Below, piece after piece: positions 34,775-41,496 of a stretch of 64,000 nucleotides of DNA. A program made the position numbers and the translations under genes. Position 1 is the first letter of the stretch. Every line of letters starts with the position of its first letter. The stretch covers positions 9,791 to 73,790 of the forward strand of contig JBAWFC010000008.1 of the NCBI GenBank assembly GCA_049591535.1. The letters are read 5' to 3'. The stretch is from Thermoplasmata archaeon. GTDB taxonomy: Archaea; Thermoplasmatota; Thermoplasmata; Lutacidiplasmatales; UBA184. Below the pieces are notes generated by a model that had not been told where the DNA came from, made no database searches, and worked only from the letters and a program-made list of their open reading frames with translations.

Positions 34775-36229
34775 TTAGGCCGGGGGGATGCCGCCCGCCG
34801 AGCCGGGGTCGCCGTCCGCGGTCACGCCCTCGGAGCCGGCCCGCCAGGAGGAACGGAAGAACGAGGGGTCCCGCCGCTCTCGAAGTACCGTGTAGTTCGT
34901 GTGGGCGACGTTGGCGGCGATCAGCGTCACGTCCCGTTGGGCCGCGAACTGCGCGATGGAGGAGCTGAGGATCCGTAGGGAGCTCAGGGGCCGGTCCGAG
35001 CTTCTCTCGAGTCGGTACGCCTGCGACCGGGAGGTTCCGCCGTCCGGCGGCTCGGGGGCCGCGTCGGGGGTGTTCTCCATGTCCACGTAGAGCATTCGTT
35101 GCCCGGACGGCATCCGGATCGTGCACGTGGGGCCCGGCCGGCGCAGAGAGCCGCGAGGCAGGGTGATCACGATCGACCACGGCTGGCCGTCGGGAGCCGG
35201 AGGTGATGGGGGGGCGGGCGACTCGGAGGCGGGGTGGGCGGCTTCGTTCGGTGGGCTCGGGATGACCGCGACCGTCATCTCAGGGTTGGCGAGGGTGAGG
35301 CGCTGCGCGAGCTCGGAGACGCCCTCGGATCCCCCGGCGGGGGCGGAGACGAACACGCGACGGCTGTTGAGCGCGAAGAGGACCGACTGAAGGTCCCGCA
35401 TCGTCGGCGCCGGGAGTGTCGGCGACGTGACCGAGTAGGCTCCGGGGGTCGGACCGGTGCCCGCCGCGGGGGGCCGGGAGTATCGGAGGATCGACAGCAA
35501 GATGCGGGCGCCGTCCTGGAAGGCGTGGAGCTTCGCCACGCCCACCCGGCTCCGGTACAGGACCGGGACCTGGGAGATCGAGAGTCCACGGCGGAACGCC
35601 TTGACAAAGATCTCCGCTTCGATGTCGAACCCTTCGGACTCGATCGGAGTCTGCTCGAGGGTCGAGGTGCGAATTCCCCAGAGCCCGCTGCAGACATCGA
35701 GGATCGGGCCCTTCGCGAAGTATCCGGCGAGCAAGTTGAGGACGCTGTTTCCCAGCCGGTGGATCAGTCCCTTCAGCTCGCTCATGGCGTGGCGGTCCGG
35801 TCGACGGACGCCGATCACGAGGTCGGACCCCGCGTCGAGCAGGGTCGCCATGGACGGAAGCGCGGCCCCGGGGTACGTGAAGTCCGCGTCCATCACGATC
35901 ACGTAGGGGATCCCGCGGTCGGTCGCCCAAGCCATCCCTTCCCGGACCGCGGCTCCCTTGCCCTTGCCCTGCTGGACGAAGAAGGTGGTCCCGAGCGACC
36001 GGGCAACGGAGGGGGTCCGGTCGGTCGAATGCCCGTCCACGACGACGACCGTAGGGTCGAACCCGAGGTTTCGGAGTTCCGCGATCGGGAGGTCCCCGAG
36101 AGTGGCCCGGAGTCCCTCTTCCTCGTTAAGGGTCGGAATGACTACGGCCAAGCGCGCGGGCGCGATGACCGTTCGACCCTCCATGGTTATACATCCCCCA
36201 GAGCGAGGTTGACTCCCCATCGCTTCCAT
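34775..36229 (-). CDS. GT2 glycosyltransferase with ~230-aa uncharacterised C-terminal extension
   Basis: The GT2 core is LAVVIPTLNEEEGL ... VVVDGHSTDRT ... VIVMDADFTYP (D-x-D) ... DVCSGLWGIR. After ~residue 255 comes a Pro-rich linker, then a domain I do not recognise (...RVFVSAPAGGSEGVSELAQRL...RMLYVDMEN...). Confidence 0.8.
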   Translation of the reverse strand: MEAMGSQPRSGGCITMEGRTVIAPARLAVVIPTLNEEEGLRATLGDLPIAELRNLGFDPTVVVVDGHSTDRTPSVARSLGTTFFVQQGKGKGAAVREGMAWATDRGIPYVIVMDADFTYPGAALPSMATLLDAGSDLVIGVRRPDRHAMSELKGLIHRLGNSVLNLLAGYFAKGPILDVCSGLWGIRTSTLEQTPIESEGFDIEAEIFVKAFRRGLSISQVPVLYRSRVGVAKLHAFQDGARILLSILRYSRPPAAGTGPTPGAYSVTSPTLPAPTMRDLQSVLFALNSRRVFVSAPAGGSEGVSELAQRLTLANPEMTVAVIPSPPNEAAHPASESPAPPSPPAPDGQPWSIVITLPRGSLRRPGPTCTIRMPSGQRMLYVDMENTPDAAPEPPDGGTSRSQAYRLERSSDRPLSSLRILSSSIAQFAAQRDVTLIAANVAHTNYTVLRERRDPSFFRSSWRAGSEGVTADGDPGSAGGIPPA

Positions 36230-36310
36230 GCCTTAAACCTGTTCCTCTCCAAAAGTAGGGGTGTGTATGCATCCCCATGGGTGCGCTTCGGTCCCCAGTC
36301 GATGTAACGC

Positions 36311-38992
36311 GTGTGTGCCGTCGTGACACGGGACGCGGCTCCTCTCTCGGAAACCCGTCGACCGGCAGCGCTCCGGACGCGTTTTCGGGAGCTAGCTTTA
36401 TACTCCGAACCCAGCATCGGTCGGCCCCTCGGGGGACCGGAGGTAAGTGTCGCACAGGTGTCGGTGCCTTCATCTGTTCGGGGGGGGCACTATTCGCTAG
36501 TGTCCGCCGTTTTGGAACCGACTCCGGCGCCCACCCCGGGGCCCGGTTCGGACGAAGGATCCCGGGCGGGCACCCCCGAGAATGACCCCCGACCCGGCTG
36601 GGCGACCCAGTTCTCCACGTACCTGGGGACGCGCGACGGGGCCAGCTGGGCGGTCGCGGTGTTCATTTCGGGCGCGATCTCTATCGGGCTGGCCGTCGTG
36701 ATCTTCCAGTACCCGATCCCGCCGGGCGGGGACCCAGGGACCTGGCTGTCGACGAGCTATGCGTACATCGGACGCTCGTACCCGTCCCAGGTCTTTCCCC
36801 TCGCCTACCCTCCGGTCATGTTCGTGCCCTTGGGTCTCGCCGTCCTCGTCGGCGGTGGGCCGATCGGGGGCGCGCAGCTGTTCGCGCCGCTCCTGTACTT
36901 TGCGCTCGGCCTGTCGATCTTCGCCCTCGCGATCAATGTGCTGAAAAGCCGTCTCGTCGCCCTCGTCGTGCTCTCGTTCATCGTCCTCGATCCGCAGCTG
37001 CTCCAGATGGTGTTCTGGGGGGCGTATCCGAACCTGTTCGGATTCCTCCTGATGAACCTCGCCTTTGTCGGTCTCCTCACGATGGGACGCGGTGCCGTCT
37101 CGCGAGGCGCCCTGATCTTCTGGCTCTTCGCGACGCTCACCGTCCTGACCCATTCTCTGACCGCGCTGGTCCTGGCCGGGGGCACCGGACTGTTCCTGCT
37201 CCTCGCCTGGGCGATGCCGGTCCCGTCAACGGAGACCCTGGTATACCAGGCAAAACGCAACGAGGTCGATGTCCCGAAGGTGATCCCCCGCGGCCTCTTC
37301 TTCACGAAGGGGGGCCGCTACGGCTTCGTCGGGTTCGTCATCGCGGTCTCCGCGTACTACTTCCTCACCGCGCTCGCCCACGTCCCCCACCCGGACTACT
37401 TCGTCTCGAGCGCGCTCGCGTTCCGGACGATCGGCCTCGGCGGCGTGCTGACGGCCGTCCTTCCCGGGATCCTGATCGTGGCCCTGGGCGCCGTGTACGT
37501 CCTCACCGTGCTGGTCATCGTCGTCCTGCTGACGTACTCCGGGCTCTACCTCTACCGCCTGAAGTACCTCACGACCCCGGTCCTGCTTCTGATCGCGATC
37601 GGGGTGGTCGTCCTCACCGTGCCCATCATCGGCTGGATGTTCAAGATCGTCACGGACTACCGCCGGTTCGGCTACTTCCTCCTCATCCCCCTCGGCCTCA
37701 CGTTCGGTTACATCATCGACCGGGGTTGGATCTCGGCCGGTGGTCCCCGCGAGCGCGGCCGAGCGAATGCGGCGTCGAACGCTCCCCCGATGCCCCCGAC
37801 GGTTCGGCGATGGATGGGACGGGCCCGTCACCCGCGGCGCATCATCTCTCTCGCCCTCATCGCGTTCGTGCTGACCCTCCTCTTGGCGGTCAGTATCACG
37901 GCGCCCGAGATGAACAAGTACGAGATCACGTTCACGCGGGTCGGGCACGACCAGTACTTCCTCGACGCGCTCAGCGCGATCACCCATTCGGGGCTCCCGG
38001 GAGGCATCCTGACCGTCGCGGGGGCCGACAAATGGGCGCGGGCGATCACCGGTCGCAACGCGTTCGCGCCGTACACCCAAACGGACTACCTGTTCTACGA
38101 GAGTCAGATTCTCGATTCGGAGCTCGCCTACTACGCCCTCAACTACCATTATGCGGTCACGAACGGGCTCGTGTCGGCGGGGATCAAGGGTACCCAGGCG
38201 CAGTACACACTCGGGATCCCGTCGTACGGTATCTATTCGGTGGGGACGTACCGCTCCATCCTCAAGATCCCCCCCCAGATGGTCGAGGTGGAGCTGATCG
38301 GGGCGACCAACCACACGGCCTACCACGAGAACATGACGACCAACCCGACGGTGGACGTTCCCCCCACGTCGGGCGGAGGGCCGCTCGAGGTCGTCTACAC
38401 GGAATCGGACTTCGTCTTCACCGAGAGCATGGTCGTGGCACCGACGACCCCGTATCTGTACCTCGCCTTCCACGTGCAGGCGACGGGCGCCGACCTGGTC
38501 CGAGCGTTGAATATGACCCTCCTTCCGTCCAACACCACCAGCGCGCGGATCCTCCCGACCCCCGTCGCCGGTAACTTCAGTTGGGACACGGTCACCGCCA
38601 ACATCGGGCCGCTGACGCGAGGGAACGTGACGCCGGCGTCGGCGCTCGTGGGGATCACCCAAGACCTCCCGATCACCGACCTCACCGGCTCTCCCGCCGT
38701 CCTGCTCTCCTACACGTCGGCGAGCACGAACGGGAGTCTCTCGGTGGCCGGCCAGTTGACGTTGACGACGCCGGCGGCGTCCACGATCTTCAACGTCGTG
38801 CCACCCGTGATCGACACACCGCAGATCTTCACCCAGCTCGGCGTCGGCTTCGTGCTGATGCGGAACTCGACCTATCCACCGATCCCGGCTCCGGGTGCGG
38901 CGTACCCGCAGGAAGCGTCGTACTACCAAGCCGAGTACGGTGCCCAGGTGATCTACCAGAACCCAGAGTGGACCGTGCTCACGGTCCCGTAA
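36311..38992 (+). CDS. GT-C-like polytopic membrane protein, paralogue C (start probably near 36458)
   Basis: IPPGGDPGTW (Asp codon 36731-36733), FWGAYPNL, LTHSLTA and IVTDYRRFGYF are present. The C-terminal extracytoplasmic domain ends in ...YQNPEWTVLTVP. It is transcribed divergently from the GT2 gene. Confidence 0.8.
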   Translation: MCAVVTRDAAPLSETRRPAALRTRFRELALYSEPSIGRPLGGPEVSVAQVSVPSSVRGGHYSLVSAVLEPTPAPTPGPGSDEGSRAGTPENDPRPGWATQFSTYLGTRDGASWAVAVFISGAISIGLAVVIFQYPIPPGGDPGTWLSTSYAYIGRSYPSQVFPLAYPPVMFVPLGLAVLVGGGPIGGAQLFAPLLYFALGLSIFALAINVLKSRLVALVVLSFIVLDPQLLQMVFWGAYPNLFGFLLMNLAFVGLLTMGRGAVSRGALIFWLFATLTVLTHSLTALVLAGGTGLFLLLAWAMPVPSTETLVYQAKRNEVDVPKVIPRGLFFTKGGRYGFVGFVIAVSAYYFLTALAHVPHPDYFVSSALAFRTIGLGGVLTAVLPGILIVALGAVYVLTVLVIVVLLTYSGLYLYRLKYLTTPVLLLIAIGVVVLTVPIIGWMFKIVTDYRRFGYFLLIPLGLTFGYIIDRGWISAGGPRERGRANAASNAPPMPPTVRRWMGRARHPRRIISLALIAFVLTLLLAVSITAPEMNKYEITFTRVGHDQYFLDALSAITHSGLPGGILTVAGADKWARAITGRNAFAPYTQTDYLFYESQILDSELAYYALNYHYAVTNGLVSAGIKGTQAQYTLGIPSYGIYSVGTYRSILKIPPQMVEVELIGATNHTAYHENMTTNPTVDVPPTSGGGPLEVVYTESDFVFTESMVVAPTTPYLYLAFHVQATGADLVRALNMTLLPSNTTSARILPTPVAGNFSWDTVTANIGPLTRGNVTPASALVGITQDLPITDLTGSPAVLLSYTSASTNGSLSVAGQLTLTTPAASTIFNVVPPVIDTPQIFTQLGVGFVLMRNSTYPPIPAPGAAYPQEASYYQAEYGAQVIYQNPEWTVLTVP
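36396..36403 (+). promoter_or_regulatory. TATA-like CTTTATAC upstream of the third GT-C-like gene
   Basis: Read directly. It lies inside the 5' end of the maximal ORF 36311.., which suggests the true start is downstream, for example the in-frame GTG at 36458 preceded by GGAGG at 36439-36443. Confidence 0.35.
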
Positions 38993-39042
38993 GCCCCGGT
39001 CTGCGTTCCCGGGGCACCGGGCCCCGCGCGCTACCGCATGAT

Positions 39043-39048
39043 GATAAA
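39043..39048 (+). promoter_or_regulatory. TATA-like GATAAA centred ~27 nt upstream of the TTG start at 39072
   Basis: Read directly (ATGATAAAGG). The spacing is of the leaderless type. Confidence 0.4.
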
Positions 39049-39071
39049 GGACCCGCCGCTTCGCGCGGGGG

Positions 39072-41330
39072 TTGAGCGCTGAATCTACTCCGGCGTCTCC
39101 CGCGTTCCGGGGGCGGAAACGAGGCCTCCGCGGCGTTCGCCCCCTCACCGTGATCGCCGCCGTCGTCGCGGTCGCTTTGCTCGCACTCTCCGGCGCGACC
39201 GGGAGGGCGCCGGCCCCCGGCAGCCCCTCGCTCCGAACGAGTGACGCCGCACCCCCCGTCTCTGGCACGACCCCCACGGAGGTGATCGGCGATGGCGGGT
39301 CGATCAGCGTCTCCGCTCCCCGCGCGTCCGTGTTAACGGACACCGTAACGGATCAATCCGGCGGTGACGGGAATCGCAGCTACCAGATCACGCTCCGGGC
39401 TTCGGTGTCGATCCCCGGCGTCGCCGTGGAGGTTGAAACGAACCCGATCGCCCAGTGGGCGCTCCCGAACCAGCTACCGGGCGGTGCGGACAACCTGCCG
39501 CCGCTGGCGATGTGGAGCTGGACCGTGCTTGTCGACGGAGCGCCTCCGGCCGCCCCCTGGAACTCGACCACGGCCACCCCGGCCCTGAGCGGCACCACGA
39601 CCTGGACGAACCAGACGATCGCGGTGATCGGGACCACGAACCCGACGGTCACGGTGCAGGTCGACCCGGACGTGACCGACGGGACGACGACCCCCGGGAC
39701 GGGATTCGTCCTGAACACGCCGGGGGTGGTCGCGGGGATCCCTTCCAACGAGTCCGGGCTCGAAGCGGCGGCCGCCGCGCTCCATCCGCAAGTCGTGCGC
39801 TTCAGCACGGTCCTCGCGGGGACCGCCCTCCCCTGGAACACCCGGTCCGACCAGCCGCAGTACAACTTCACCGGCTTCGACCGGGACGCAGCGTTCGCGG
39901 CTTCGACCGGCGCCCAGATCGTGCTCTCGCTCCCCGTGGGGACGTGGGGAGACGGCAACCTCCTGCCGGCGGGAATGCCTCTCAACACCTCCGTTCAGAT
40001 CTTCGCCTCGACCGGGACCGGCTACTTTCCGCAGGCCGCCGCCTGGGTCGCGCTCGTCGAGGGGATCGTCAACCACACGCTCGCGACCTACGAGAACATC
40101 GAGTACTGGTCGATCGGCAACGAGTTCCCGAACGGGAACCAGACGCTGGTCGAGGGGTACACGCAGCTGTTCGACCTCGCGGCGACGGCGATCCATTCCC
40201 GGTTGCCGGACGCGCGCGTCGGCTCCGACGCGATGATGAACACGACCTACGAGGCGTACTTCGCGACCCACGCGACCGGCGTGGGCTTCCTTTCGTTCCA
40301 CTACTACCCGGGGCTCGGCATCTGTGTGGCGAACGGCACGTACTGCGCGCCGATGTCGCCCGCCAACGGGATCACCGACCCGAGTCTCTTCTCCCACGCG
40401 TCGTACGCGTTCCTGGGAGGATACAACTCCCCCGCCACCGCCCAGGAGCTCTGGTTCAATACGACCGGCACGTGGCTACCGGTACTGAACACCGAGACCA
40501 ACCTCAACCCGTCGGGGGGCAACTCTCCCACCTCGGGTACGGGCACGGACCCGCGCATCCAGACGCTCTTCGGCGCGAGCTGGGTTAGCGTCGTGTTGAT
40601 CGACGGTGCGTTCCAGAACGTTTCTGCGCTTACGTACTTCGCGCTCAGCAGCGGGTGGGGTCGACCGGCGACCGTCACCGAGCCGTACGGCGGGTGGGGG
40701 TTCGGCCTGACGTCCGAGACCGCGAGCGACGCGACCGAGTCGTACGCCCCGTACCTGGCTCTCGAACTGTGGGGAGACTCCATGCCGTACGGGAGCCCCG
40801 GCCTCGTCGCGAACTCCTCGGCCCCGTCCGTGATCGAACCGTACGCCACGTTCGACGGGACGAACCTCTCGGTCTTCGTGGTGAACCGGGTGAACGTCCC
40901 GGTCACCGTCGACCCGAGCGTGACGGTCGCCGGATACCGCCTCGCGTGCGTCTCCACGCTCGACCAGCGCAGCTACCAGGAGATCTACGTCCCCTCGTTG
41001 GGCCAGACCGTGCTCGACTCCGCGTCCGTTGACACGTCCCCGCCGGCGTCCGGGGGCTCCTTCACGCTGGACGGATACGGAGTGGCGACGCTCCGCTACG
41101 TACCGGACGCCGCGGCGAGCTCTCCGTGCGCCCCGCGGGCACTGTCTGCCGGCCCGGACGCTCTCGGGGCGACCGTTCTGCTCGCCTCCGGCACGTTCGT
41201 CGTGAGCGGGTACTTCGTGATGACGTGGTGGGTGCTCCCGACCTGGCCTACCTTCCCGGACCGGCTGCGGCGAGTGGTGGCCGTGCGGATTCCGGATGCG
41301 CTCGGCCGACTCCGACCCCGGAACCGGTGA
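39072..41330 (+). CDS. Membrane-anchored extracellular glycoside-hydrolase-like protein (clan GH-A TIM barrel, GH39-like), copy 1
   Basis: It has a signal/anchor (LTVIAAVVAVALLALSGA) and an N-terminal beta-rich domain. The TIM-barrel-like region has YWSIGNEFPN (a putative acid/base Glu in an NE motif), FLSFHYYPG and LNTETNLN (a putative nucleophile Glu). A C-terminal TM and basic tail follow. Confidence 0.75.
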   Translation: MSAESTPASPAFRGRKRGLRGVRPLTVIAAVVAVALLALSGATGRAPAPGSPSLRTSDAAPPVSGTTPTEVIGDGGSISVSAPRASVLTDTVTDQSGGDGNRSYQITLRASVSIPGVAVEVETNPIAQWALPNQLPGGADNLPPLAMWSWTVLVDGAPPAAPWNSTTATPALSGTTTWTNQTIAVIGTTNPTVTVQVDPDVTDGTTTPGTGFVLNTPGVVAGIPSNESGLEAAAAALHPQVVRFSTVLAGTALPWNTRSDQPQYNFTGFDRDAAFAASTGAQIVLSLPVGTWGDGNLLPAGMPLNTSVQIFASTGTGYFPQAAAWVALVEGIVNHTLATYENIEYWSIGNEFPNGNQTLVEGYTQLFDLAATAIHSRLPDARVGSDAMMNTTYEAYFATHATGVGFLSFHYYPGLGICVANGTYCAPMSPANGITDPSLFSHASYAFLGGYNSPATAQELWFNTTGTWLPVLNTETNLNPSGGNSPTSGTGTDPRIQTLFGASWVSVVLIDGAFQNVSALTYFALSSGWGRPATVTEPYGGWGFGLTSETASDATESYAPYLALELWGDSMPYGSPGLVANSSAPSVIEPYATFDGTNLSVFVVNRVNVPVTVDPSVTVAGYRLACVSTLDQRSYQEIYVPSLGQTVLDSASVDTSPPASGGSFTLDGYGVATLRYVPDAAASSPCAPRALSAGPDALGATVLLASGTFVVSGYFVMTWWVLPTWPTFPDRLRRVVAVRIPDALGRLRPRNR

Positions 41331-41430
41331 ACCGTTCGCTCCGATGGTCTCCCGGGGTCCGTGCGGACGGGCCAGAGGGCGCGCCTTGGTGCGGGCCGCA
41401 GGGACGGTCGAAACGGCCGTAACCTATGGG

Positions 41431-41461
41431 TTATTATACGTATACGCGCGTAGTGTATAAC
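41431..41461 (+). promoter_or_regulatory. AT-rich promoter region (TTATTATACGTATACG ... GTGTATAAC) upstream of 41497
   Basis: Read directly. It is the strongest AT-rich island in the 166-bp spacer and contains the GTATAAC heptamer seen in three other intergenic regions. Confidence 0.4.
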
Positions 41462-41496
41462 AGCGCGACCCAGAATTTTTCTGGGGGTTTGAGGCA

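Noticed and set aside
28388-38992. Calling the large membrane paralogues AglB/STT3 oligosaccharyltransferases
   Set aside because: No WWDxG (WWDYG) motif is present in any of them, or anywhere in the window. They are therefore called only GT-C-like.
37226-39343. 705-aa minus-strand ORF
   Set aside because: It is antisense to the third GT-C-like gene and to the start of GH-like copy 1. Its composition is Arg/Asp/Glu-rich with no motifs.
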